DNA from: Vezdaea acicularis
Taxonomy: Eukaryota
Direction: 5' to 3'
Length of the DNA: 64,000 nt
Assembly: GCA_026025075.1 (NCBI GenBank)
Contig: JAPEUI010000009.1
Coordinates: forward strand, 1 to 64,000
Every line of letters begins with the position of its first letter. Position 1 is the first letter of the stretch. The position numbers were made by a program, and so were the translations under genes. Below are positions 1-11,382 of this stretch, piece after piece. The notes beneath the pieces were generated by a model. It made no database searches, was not told the DNA's origin, and worked only from the letters and a program-made list of their open reading frames with translations.

Positions 1-663
1 GGCGTTCGCGGCGGAGGTGATTGCTGAGCTGCTCATGGCCTCATCTGTGCGGCCGCCGAGGGGGCCGGCGTTGGCGCCGCTGGCGGAGGCAGGGCCTTCG
101 CCGCTTGCGGTGCCGAAGCGTACGCCTGGTCGTGGGTTTGTCTTTGATTGATCGTCTTTGCCGGAGTAGGCGCTTTGCCATTGGGCGATTTGCGCTTCGT
201 ATTCGGGATCGGCGGACGAGTTGTCGTATTGGCCGCGGCCGTAGGCAGAGCTGTCTTGGGTGGCGGGGAGTGGGAAGGGGTTGCGTATTTGGGGAGCTGG
301 CGAGTTGGTGTACTCTTGGGGTGAGGGTTGTGGGTACAGCGCCGTTTGCGGCTGGACCGGTGCTTGGTAGTTTCCGCCTGTATATATTGTTTGAGTAGGA
401 GAAAATCCACGGGGAGGGGCCGGGGGAGCAGAGACGGTGGGGCTCGCTGTTCGCCAGTCTTGGGCGCCTGCTCCTATCTGTCTTGGCCTGAAGCCTTGAG
501 GAGCCCCATATGCCCCAGCGCCACCACCGGCGCCACTGTTGAATGAGAATGCCGGCTTAAACGAAGGCGGACCACTGATTGGTGGCGGTGGGCGGGGAGG
601 AAGGGAGGACGGAGGTTGCGGTGAAGACAATTTGCCTAGGCCTGGAGGCGGCGGATAGGACAT
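1..663 (-). CDS. 5' part of an RBM42-like RNA-binding (RRM/RNP) protein; runs off the left edge of the window
   Basis: ATG at 663 opens a stop-free frame to position 1 (absent from the ORF track because it has no stop): MSYPPPPGLGK...SLPPRPP...QIRNPFPLP...DPEYEAQIAQWQSAYSGKDD...GANAGPLG. This matches my recollection of the N-terminus of fungal RBM42 homologs. The RRM itself would lie outside the window. Confidence 0.72.
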   Translation of the reverse strand, partial: MSYPPPPGLGKLSSPQPPSSLPPRPPPPISGPPSFKPAFSFNSGAGGGAGAYGAPQGFRPRQIGAGAQDWRTASPTVSAPPAPPRGFSPTQTIYTGGNYQAPVQPQTALYPQPSPQEYTNSPAPQIRNPFPLPATQDSSAYGRGQYDNSSADPEYEAQIAQWQSAYSGKDDQSKTNPRPGVRFGTASGEGPASASGANAGPLGGRTDEAMSSSAITSAANA

Positions 664-1357
664 GATGAACGGTGGACGGTTGACCTCGTAGAGTTGTGAG
701 GTTACGTACCTTTCGCGTCCGCAAACCAATCTTTCAGAGCCTTTAACAAGCTCCAGATACAGCCAGTGTCTTATACCGGCTTTCTGGCTGCAATTATAGA
801 CTTAGCGGGGGGACGAGAGGAGATGGTTTCACGAGGATGGATGATCAAACGTTCTTGGTGTTGAATAATTAGGCGACCTTCAGATCGTCAAAGTGGCGGT
901 GTTGCATGTGGCTGACGAGCAGATTTGCTGACATAAGCATTACCGGGCATTCCACGATTGGTTGCGGAAGTACTCGGGGAGGATGCCCTGCAGGACGGGT
1001 GAGGCTAAATCCACGTACTGGGACATGCCTATCCAATTGATTGAGAACACAGGTCGCCGGAACCAATCTTTCAAGCCCGGAGATTAGATGTGCGGTGCTG
1101 TTGGTCTCGGATGTTGCGCATATGGTGGGGCGTCTTGAATTGCGTAGCGACTATTTGGATGGCCCCGCCTTCACCCCACCGAGACTGAATCCCTCACCTG
1201 AGGTCATACTCAATTCTTCCCGATCAGTTCCATCTGCAACTGTGGTTCCGTCTCTATCACAAGTCGCAAACTTTTGAATATTACTACGGCTTCACAGTTG
1301 CACGATCAATCAGTTACCATCGCTTCTGCCCAACAGATCCGACCAGACTACTTCATC

Positions 1358-3291
1358 ATGGGTGACAAGGCACTGTAAGTTGTGTTTCCGGAGTTTCCGC
1401 CCGCCCATGCCACTTTAGAAAACCTCCTCTAGTGGCCTTTTCATATTATATCACGAAGTGTAAAGGGAGGACGTGAAGTTCTCTAGTAATTGGGCTGACC
1501 GTAGAGCGCGTCTTGCCGGCATCAATGTCGGCGGGCCTGCGCGGTTTGATGCCAGTGGTGATTTTGGCCTAATCGGTCTTGCCGTCATGGGCCAAAACTT
1601 GATCCTGAACGCCGCAGATCATGGTATGGAATCAGCTTGAAGGGCATCTTACACATAGCCTCTGCTAACCTTCAATAAGGATTTCACGTTGTGGCCTTTA
1701 ACCGGACCGTGGAAAAAGTCGATCGTTTTCTTGAAAATGAAGCTAAAGGTAGGTGATACAACTATCGCCGGCTATAACTGCTTCACGAGCACTTTCATTG
1801 AGAAAGATAAACCATGATATACCCTGTACCTAAATGCTTCTATAGGAAAATCAATAAGCGGTGCTCATTCCGTTGAAGAATTCGTCTTAAAGCTCAAGAA
1901 ACCCCGGATTATGATGCTCTTGGTTATGGCTGGGAAAGCGGTCGACGATTTTATTGAAAAGCTCCTACTATATGTTGAGAAAGGGGACATTATCATTGAC
2001 GGCGGAAACTCTCACTACCCAGACACAAACCGACGGACTCATTATCTGAAGGAGAAAGGAATCCGCTTTGTTGGCACTGGTGTTTCTGGAGGAGAAGATG
2101 GCGCCAGATACGGTCCGTCGCTGATGCCTGGTGGTAACGAGGAGGCATGGTCGTATATCAAAGACATCTTCCAAAGCATTGCAGCCAAAAGTGACGGTGA
2201 GCCCTGCTGTGATTGGGTCGGTGATGACGGTGCAGGTCATTACGTCAAGATGGTCCATAATGGTATCGAGTATGGTGACATGCAGCTTATCAGCGAGGTA
2301 CGAGGCCAAGAAACCCAGCCGACTTGTGAACTTATGACAGACCCAATTAATGTATCCTGGGTAGGCTTACGACATCATGAAACGTGGCCTGGGCATGAAG
2401 GATAAGGAGATTGGAGATACTATGGCAGAGTGGAATAAAGGGGTTCTCGACTCTTTCCTAATCGAAATCACCCGTGATGTTTTGAGATTCAACGATACCG
2501 ACGGCGTACCTATGGTGGAGAAAATCCTTGACTCTGCGGGGCAGAAAGGTACAGGTAAATGGACTGCTATCAACGCCCTTGACCTGGGCATGCCCGTTAC
2601 GCTTATCGGAGAGGCTGTATTTGCTCGATGTTTGAGCTCCCTGAAGGCGGAGCGTGGCCGCGCAGCCAAGGTCCTTACTGGACCGACTCCCAAGTTCGAG
2701 GGTAATAAGAAAGAATTCCTGGCCAACTTGGAGCAAGCGCTTTATGCCTCCAAGATCATTTCTTACGCTCAAGGTTTCATGTTGATACAAAACGTAAGAC
2801 CCAGGAATCCATAAGTGCTGATCAGGTATCTTTTGCTAAGTGACATATAGGCCGCCAAAGAGTATTCGTGGAAGCTCAATAAGCCATCAATTGCCTTGAT
2901 GTGGCGTGGCGGCTGCATTATCCGGTCCGTGTTCCTGAAAGACATTACGAAGGCATATCGCACAAACCCCGACCTCGAAAATCTACTCTTTGACGATTTC
3001 TTCAATAAGGCTATCCACAAGGCCCAACCAGGCTGGCGGGACGTTGTTAGTAAAGGCTGTCTCTGGGGAATACCCACCCCAGCTTTCAGCACGGCTCTCA
3101 GCTTCTTCGACGGATACAGGACCAAGGATCTTCCAGCAAATCTACTTCAAGCACAACGAGATTACTTTGGCGCCCACACCTTCCGAATCAAGCCAGAATA
3201 CGCAAACGAGCAACATCCTGAGGGTAAGAACATTCATGTCAACTGGACAGGACATGGCGGCGACGTGTCGGCCACGACGTATACCGCGTAA
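1358..3291 (+). CDS. gnd1: 6-phosphogluconate dehydrogenase, decarboxylating (491 aa, or 508 aa with the proximal acceptor)
   Basis: Exons 1358-1374, (1505 or 1556)-1623, 1680-1748, 1846-2297, 2365-2793, 2851-3291. Motifs: [12 protein letters not shown] (NADP-binding), [51 protein letters not shown]. Confidence 0.98.
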
Positions 3292-3869
3292 GCTCTGAAC
3301 AGGGCCTTGGATGGCCAGGAAATAGCATTGTAAGCAATACTAGGCACGAGGTGAGGAAACAATAGATATAGCTCTATCGTTCATCGTTAGAAGACCCAAA
3401 ATGAAACAAGCGTATAAAGCTATGACAACTTCGTGAGCATGAGCTGTACACATTGGATACCTTTCACATGTACTCGTACAAGATTGGTGGGTGGAAGTAA
3501 ACTTTAGCGGTATAAATTCTAGCCCCACTGATTGCGCTAGCCGTAATAGGACTAGCAGATAACCAGCGAGATATACCGACCATTTCCCCGTCCTCCTGGG
3601 CAAATACCGTTCTCATCTGCCTCCTCGACCCCATTCCCCTACGGAACGGTCAAGGTGTTGGACCCATGTTCTAGCTTCCCATAATCTCTGCGGCTCTTGT
3701 TTTCACGTCGTTCCTTTGACCCTGCCCTTTTGCATGTCCTACGTCTACTTTCAGGTGCGACCTTCTGCGCCAAAACCTCCGATGACCTGAAGCTAGCTTC
3801 TTGCCTTTCTCTACACACCCGCAACTGCGCACAGCGGTATTAAGGTGAAGGAGATTCAAGGAGGGGAGT

Positions 3870-4728
3870 ATGGCAGAGACCATGACGAAGAAGCCAGCAA
3901 AGATCCCACCTGCGATTCCCAATGTCGGTGGACAAGGGCATGCGGCGACTGCGTTAGCAATTGAGTCCGCTCTAGTGCAGGCGGTGGGGGCACGGCAAGC
4001 TCTCCCTTTTCTTTATCTTTGGTCTCTGCGCCGACGGTCAAGCGCTCCCTTGGCGAGAATGAAACTAATCTTATAATTGTCATCTCAGAGTCCGCATAAC
4101 GAACTCTCACTCTCGTGCCTTTGAGGGCACCGTCTTCGCTGTGGACCCCGTTCGCCGACTCGTTGCGCTCAACACGACTCCTCCGCCACCTACCCCGTCC
4201 TCGTCAGCTCCCACAAAGGACACTCCTAGCGACTACCATATCTTCCACATCTCACGCCTTCTGAAGGTGGATGTGCTCTCTCCTGCGCCGTCCACTCCAG
4301 AGAACACCCCCAAGCAGGTAAACCCTGCCGCCGGAGAGGACAGGCTGCGCAAAGCCGTGCTAGCTGAGAAGAAGAAGGAAGAACGCGTGGGCAAGGGTGT
4401 GACTAAAGAGGCGCAGGTGGTGTTCGACGGGATCCTCAGAACTGGGCTGCCGACGCGCTGGGTGGGGAAGGACATTATGGTCATGGACTCCGTTCTCGTC
4501 ACGTCACCGTACGGATCCCAGAACTGCAAGTCTGTGGACAAGAACAACCAAGCTCTAGCGCGGGTCAAGAAAGTGGTAAGCCCTCGATCTTATCTCATTT
4601 CCGTCAAATATACCTCCTCTGCTAACACCTCCCAACAGTTGGAGAACGAAAAGCAGAAGAGATCCTCCGCTCTCCGTAAAGGCGAGAATGCTAGTTCCCC
4701 GAAAGGAGACGCCCGTAAAGGTGGCTGA
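3870..4728 (+). CDS. LSM12: LSM12-like protein (Sm-like N-domain plus anticodon-binding-like AD domain), 233 aa
   Basis: Exons 3870-3994, 4089-4575, 4639-4728; the first intron is best modelled as GC-AG. Motifs: VGARVRIT..FEGTVFAVDP, DYHIFHISRL, VGKGVTKEAQVVFD..RWVGKDIMVMDSVLVTSPY. Confidence 0.85.
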
Positions 4729-5264
4729 GGCTAGCTGGAATGCTTGAGTTCCGGACACTGGATATAGCACCTTTTCTTAACGACAGTCCGGTTGGCTGCA
4801 CACATACGGTGTATTTTGCATGGCGATGGGGCAGCATTGTTTAGATTTGTACACTATTTTAGGCATGATACCCCCGATAGGGGGGGATAGGAACAAGACA
4901 TCGAAAATATCAGTACCATATTGCAGTCTCATGGGAGCATGTGCTGTAGTGTCATCTATAATCCGCCGCCTTCTGGAGAGATAGATCCTTCAAGGAGAAT
5001 ATGCGTACTAGGGGCCATTTTGGCCTGTCGTGCCTAGGCCCCTTTCATCGGATCTACTCAGCCTCCATATACGTGAAGCCCATGCAACAAGTGGGTGAAA
5101 AGCTGCTATTGGTTATAGACAAGACTAGAGCTATCATTTCAGAGGAAAAGGATATATAACCCACCATAAAAACGCCCACTAATGCTCGAAACCGCTATGC
5201 AAAGCTAATCAAGCTCATACCCATCCCAATGCCTATGTACAAAAGACCCGCGCGGCCTCAAATC

Positions 5265-7093
5265 TTACCTCGCCTGCGTTGGCTCCCCGACGGTGGGTGG
5301 GAATTCGAACGCGCGATCGAGTTCCCCATCCCCACTAGTTCTCGCGAACAGCTCCGAGCTTTCTTGTGCCTCGCTAGCATCAACGGTAGCGTATTCATGC
5401 CTAACCTCTTCTTGCGCGTCGACCCTCATTTTCTTGATCTTGATGTAGTTGTAAGCCGCAATGCTAGCAATCGTGACTACCAGCCCACTGACGTTGATCA
5501 GGGTCAACTCGTCGTGGAAGACTAGCGAGGCAGCGCTGATCGTCACGACCTCCTTGAAGATACCGCAAATTGAGAGCGTGACGACAGACGTTCGTTGTAG
5601 CAGAGCAAACTCGCTGGCTGTCATCATAAAGGCTAGACACCCCGGGAACAGTACGAGTGCAACTGCTGTGAAACGCCCCTTAGATGCCATCAGCTCGCCG
5701 AAACCTACGGCGAGGGGCCCCGGGCCCTCTACTGGCAGCGCGATAGCAAGGAGACTCGCAAACATGATTGGTGCCAGAAAAAAGATCGAACTGAAAGGGT
5801 TGGAAGTAGCTGGGTTACGCAGGAGCAGAATCTGTGTAAGCGCCCAGCGGAAGCCGGAGAAGAAAGCAGCCGAGATGACAAGCAGGAATCCAAGAATATT
5901 GAAAGCGGTTTCACCTGCAACCATCATGATGACACCTATGGTCATTGTGAGGATGATGAGGATGAGCTTGACGGAGGGACTTTCGAGATGGAAGAGGAAT
6001 GCAAACGTTAGAACGAAGGCAAGGGAGGAGGATTTGCACATTGCTAACGAAAATTAGTTTTTTAATACAGAGATTGAAAATGATCGGACTTTACGTACTA
6101 TAGAATGTGAGGGAGATGAACCGTAGGCTCATGTTTCCTAGGCCAATGTCTAGCCCCGTCGCAGCGCCGCAAGGTCCCAGGCGCGTAAGGTAGAAGAAAC
6201 GCGTCATTAATGGCTTTTCTGACTCCGCCGGCACAGAGTCGGCGATATCAGGGTTGGCGATGGAGTCATGGCGAGGGCGGAAGCGCGGAAAAAGGTAGAG
6301 GACGAGGGAGGCGAGCGTAAACTGGACAAGCATGTGCAGAGAGGTTGTGAAGAGAGGAAAGTTGAAATGAAGGTGGTCTTTCGAGAACATCCATTTGTTG
6401 TACTGTTGAAGTTAGCATCCTAGTGAATGTAGCCCTTAGATTGGGTAGGTTTACCAAAGATATCGATAAGGAGAAAATATACCACAGCCCAATTAAGACC
6501 CCATTAATCAGTGATTGCCTGATTATGCTAAGGTCTGCTTCTTTTCTCATGTCTTTTTTCAACCGCAATTCACCCGCAACCCTTTCATCAAGGTCCATCT
6601 TCCGCTTCTTCCGGCTTCTCCGCTTCTTTCGTTCGTTTCCAGTCAACCCAGTCTCCTCGTCGTCTTCTAGCCCCTCCTCCGCTAGGATATCGTCTAGCTG
6701 CACATCTTCGGTCGTATCATGGGATGAAAAGTCGGAATCATCGTCATCGGAAGAATGCCTCTTACTCTCTTCATTGATTGTGTCTTCGTCCGTCCGCCTG
6801 GGCTGATGGCGAGGTTGACCATTTCCGCTGGCGACACCGTTGATCAGCGAACTGCGCCGCCGTCGGTGCTCACGAGCTCCGTCCCCCTCCATTTGCTCTC
6901 CAAAGCCTATGTTAGCATTGGTCGAATGCCCAAAATCATCATTACCGCGCACGGATGGTGAACTGGCCGTTGGCGATGGTGGGTATGCAATTGTAGGTGC
7001 TGGAAAGAGTGAGCCTGGGTGTTGTTGATCCGGATCTCCCTTCTTGGGCAACAGCGGATCTGACTGCGCCTGACTAAGCCCGGCGTTATTCAT
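5265..7093 (-). CDS. Triose-phosphate/nucleotide-sugar transporter family protein (SLC35C2/Ymd8-like), 573 aa
   Basis: Exons 7093-6455, 6402-6099, 6043-5265. Motifs: WYIFSLSISLYNKWMF, FPLFTTSLHMLVQF, ATGLDIGLGNMSL..TFYTMCKSSSLAFVL, SGFRWALTQILL, TSVVTLSICGIFKE; multiple TM segments. Confidence 0.92.
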
Positions 7094-7438
7094 AGTAGGC
7101 TACGGGGCCGTCACGGCCTTTTCTTTTGCATTGACGATTTCTTGAGGCACTGTTCGCTGGGTGACGGTTGGTCAGGAGCAATGGCCAGCTCGGGTTAGGG
7201 ATCGATTGAGCATGGGCCAGTAAGCGCAGCGTGGGCTTGTAAGCACCGCGGTTTCCTTCTCGGCTCACTAGCCGATTACCACTGCGACGAACACTTACCC
7301 CTGATAACCACACACGAAATACTGACGGACTATGGAAACATAATCTTCACTAAAGATGCATGTGAAGATAAGCTAGGGAGCTGTCAAGGGGCTGGTTGTC
7401 CCATAGTCTCCTTTATCAAAAGCTGGCTCTATGCTAGT

Positions 7439-10080
7439 CTATGATGATAACGCTCTCTCGGCGATAGCTCGCGCCATAACGCTGGCAAACCTGCCAGCCA
7501 TATCTTCATCTTGTTTCGCCGTTTCAACGCCAAGTAACACCTTCTGTATGCCCACATCAATCTCATCACTTCTTGTCAACTCTCTTATTTCTCGTAAAGA
7601 CCTGTCCTGGTCCATTCGCGAAACCCCAGATTTCTCTAGCACATGCGCAAGTTCCTCTCTTGTATTGACATTCGGTATCGCAATGTCTGCATCAAAGCAA
7701 CGGAAAAGGTCAAGATCCTTAAGAGTAGTACGTTCCGTACTGGTACCTAATATGAGGAGCTTTCGACCCTTCGGAGGTTGTTTTCGGATGAGGACCATCA
7801 ATATTTGAAGTACAGCGTTACTAAAGCGTGGACCGATAGGAACCCAGTCGACAATACGCTCGATGTTGTCGATAACAACAACGTTCAATGGAGACTTGTA
7901 TGCATCCATGAAGATTTTGCTGATATGCTGAACCTTCATCATTTCGTTGAAGCCGACCATTGATTCCGGAGAGATTAACTTAATGTACGGGAAACCGGAA
8001 TCCAACGCCATCTTTGCGGCAAGCGCAGTCTTCCCACTGCCAGGAGGACCATGTAGTAGGACAGATACCAATGGCGTAGACCCCGATTGGCGAACCTGCT
8101 CGGCGAATAGATGGCCTTCGTCGAGTATATTTTTGATGAAAGGGGAGTAATGGATGATTCCCCCTACGAGAGCTGTCTCAAGCTCTGCCTCATCTACACC
8201 AAATTGCGCCTTCACTTCCTCGAGGGCGTGCATGAAGTCATCTCGATTGACTTTCATATTCTCGATGTTTCCCTGAATGCCTGCCATCGTGCCGACTTTC
8301 ACATGGCGGTTCAAGGCAAACGATGACGCAGACTTGATCAAGCCCCCAATTTCAGCGCCAGAAAAGTTTTTGGTGAGATGCGCGATTTCCTCGAGGTCAA
8401 CATCAGGAGCCATCACACCATTATTTGACATGTTTAGCGTATGTATTTTGAGGATCTGATGACGGCCATGTTCATCTGGTAGTGATATCTCCATGTGGAC
8501 CTCGAGGCGACCAGGTCGAAGAAGAGCATCGTCGATCATGTCCTTGCGATTGGTCATACCAATTAAAAGTATATTGTTTAGTTGTTCAACACCGTCAAGC
8601 TTGAAGAAAACCCGTTAGCATGTTCCAGTACGGTGAAACTACCCTTCAACAAACCTTTGATAATAACTGATTGACGACGCTGTCGCCTACCCCTGTCCCT
8701 CCTCCTGCTCCACTTCCCCTTTGCTTGCATACAGCATCTAGTTCATCAAAGATAATAATATGTAGACCGCTCTCATCACCTTTGTCTTTATATTCCTTCT
8801 CCGCTTCCGCAAAGAGTTTTCGGATATTTTCCTCGGATTGGCCCACATATTTGTTCAGAACTTCTGGGCCATTGATAATTTTAGGTGGTCTTGCATTGAG
8901 CATTTTCCCTATTTGCCGTGCAATTAATGTTTTCCCTGTGCCGGGTGGGCCGTATAACAATATGCCCTTCACATGCTGAATTCCGAGCTTTTCGATCAGT
9001 CCTGGAGGAAATATTCGAGAAGCAAAGGCGCGGCGGAAGATGGCGCTGAACTCAGTATCTAACCCGCCGATTCCCATGTCTTCAAATTTGAAGTCTGGTT
9101 GTAATATGGAATTGGCCGCGGGTCGCTTGCTAGATCCCTTCAACTTGATATTCGATTTTGCATCTTTGAAGAATACCATAGGGGTGTGACGTGTCAGGAT
9201 ACCGCGCGATTGGGGAGAAGACACAGTGGGCGCAGAGGAGTCCCCGGGTTTATCAGAAGTGAGATCGATGAGCTGGACAGTCTTGACGACGAACAACAGG
9301 TAAAAGCTTTTGTGGTCCATCAGGATTCTTTGACCAGGAGCAAATATTTGATTCTCAAAATTCTAATTCAAGGTAAGAAGATCTACTGGCATGCATCCAA
9401 GAGGTTTATACGTACTCGAATGAAGCTATCAGCCAGTTCATCTTGGTCATAGGGCGCCTCAGTTGTCCTTCTCCCAGCAAAACCAACTTCAACGTCCATG
9501 CTTCCCAGATAGCTGTGCCCTCCTTGGCTAAAAGGGTCGTAAATTTGGACATTGACCGAGTCCCTCATAGCAACACCAGCCCAAGAGCGCTGGGGATCTC
9601 CTAATCCAATATGGCCTGGTGGAAATTGATCTAGTGGTCTTGCAGTAAAAACATACAAGTCGTTCACAAGGAGGTATAGGTCTGAGCCATCCCGAGGTGG
9701 GGCGAAGTCCATGGGAGAGACAGCAACTCTGGATAGCTGAGAGTCAGTAAATGGAAGGATGCTTCCCAAACCGTCGTGAGGTTCTGGTAGAGTCTAAGCT
9801 AGACTTACAAGTTTCCAAATGTATAGTCCTCAGACGGACTTTTGGCTGCTTTGAGTTGCCACAGCCTACTGCCGCCTCTCTGACTCTGTAATGGTCTCGC
9901 GACAGATGTCCTGGCTTCGCCTTGATTACCCCCATAACCAGGAGATCCAGACATTCTTGTATCATGTCCTCCGCGGTCATCTCGTACTTGATTGTAACCC
10001 TCCCTCTGCGATGGCCTGGCTGCCCCAGTAGGCGCTTGTCCAAAAGGGTTTGGCACAGAATACTTCTCGCGGTTAAACAT
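7439..10080 (-). CDS. SEC18: Vesicular fusion ATPase NSF/Sec18, 817 aa
   Basis: Exons 10080-9809, 9728-9416, 9362-8655, 8599-7439. Motifs: GIGGLDTEFSAIFRRAFASR, GPPGTGKT, IIIFDELDA, ALLRPGRLEV, second AAA GPPGSGKT. Confidence 0.98.
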
Positions 10081-10348
10081 GTTGAAGGTTGTGTGATATC
10101 TACATTAGAATTAACGAAGAATTCCACATATGATACAGCTAAAGGTAGCCATATGCTCGTCTACAAAGTATTGCGGGACGTACACCTAGACATAACGCCG
10201 ACTAAATCACGCATTTGGTCTGTTTCACGGCCGTACAAACTTCCTACGGTGGCCTAATTTATTTCTGGTGTGCCTAGAATGAAGCCTCGGAACCCTTAAA
10301 GTAATGATAGAGGAAGTCTACCATCTCAAACTTGAGAAATTCTAGAGG

Positions 10349-11382
10349 ATGGTCTTGTAAGATTTCTTAACCCCATATTAATATGAAAGGCTAACCATTT
10401 CAGACATTTGTTAGGCAAGAAGTCATGGAACGTCTACAACAAGGACAACGTAGAGAAGGTCCGCCGAGATGAGGAGAAAGCCGAGCTTCAGAAAGAGGAG
10501 GAGGAAAGGCGTATGCAAGAAGTCGATGCTGAGAGGCGTTTACAAATATTGCGCGGGGAAACACTAGAACCGATTCTCGCCAGCGTAGCGGAGGAAAGTA
10601 CAGCTCAGCAGAGCAAGGGAGGGAGGGATAGGAAGAGAAGGAAACTTGAGGGGGAGGATGACACTGATAGAGATATCAGGCTGGCGAAAGCTCAAGCGAC
10701 TTCGGAGAATTTACCTTTGACTACCGTTGTCAAGTCATCCATATCTAGTTCTATAAGTAGTGCGCCCTTGACGGATCGAAAGGGCAATATCAGTCTCTTT
10801 CCTGAGGAGAGATCTAGGAAAGGGGGACAGAAGAACGCAGAAGCTCAGGCTGAGGAAGCGAAAAAGAAAAAGGAGTATGAGGACCAGTTCACAATGAGAT
10901 TTTCGAATGCTGCAGGATTTAAACAAGGTCTGGAGACGCCATGGTATTCTGCGAATAATGCGGCGGAAAACGACTTGGAGGTGATACCAAAGGACGCTTG
11001 GGGAAATGAAGATCCAAGACGGAAAGAGAGAGACACCATGCGACTCAACTCGAGTGACCCTCTAGCCTTTATGAAGAAAGGGGTGAAACAGTTGAAGCAG
11101 GCGGAAAGAGACAGAGCTCAATGGCTAAGAGATCGAGAGCGGGAGTTCAGCAACCCAATAGGAGCTGCAAAGAGTCATAGAAAGAGACATCGCTCTCCGG
11201 AGATAATTGAGGAGCTCTCCTTAGATATATCAAGCATATCAAGCAGACGCTCACGGAAGCACTCAGAAAGGGAGCATAGGCACCATACGAGAAGACCCAA
11301 GAGTCACAGTCGAAGCCGAGAGCATCATCGACATAGGTCAGAGCGAGCAGATAGGGACAAGGCCGTCTTGAGTAATCGTTGA
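10349..11382 (+). CDS. CIR_N-domain (LENG1-like) putative splicing-associated protein, 328 aa
   Basis: 8-nt first exon 10349-10356, intron 10357-10403 (GTAAGA..CTAAC..CAG), exon 10404-11382. N-terminus MVLHLLGKKSWNVYNKDNVEKVRRDE; DQFTMRFSNAAG and DPLAFMKKGV blocks; R/S/H-rich tail. Confidence 0.85.

Noticed and set aside
2990..3400. Cryptic peroxisomal C-terminus for Gnd1 (alternative frame ending RKL*, donor-like GTAAGC over the stop, or readthrough)
   Set aside because: RKL is not a canonical PTS1; the stop is TAA-GCT, not TGA-CTA; the acceptors I tried give endings (HEVRKQ, SIVHR) without PTS1, and there is no good branch point.
5461..6057. Long antisense or alternative-frame ORFs (also 13188..13808, 15656..16279, 26510..27076, 51884..52438 and similar)
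   Set aside because: They lie fully over well-supported genes, lack recognisable motifs, and are explained as codon-bias shadows.
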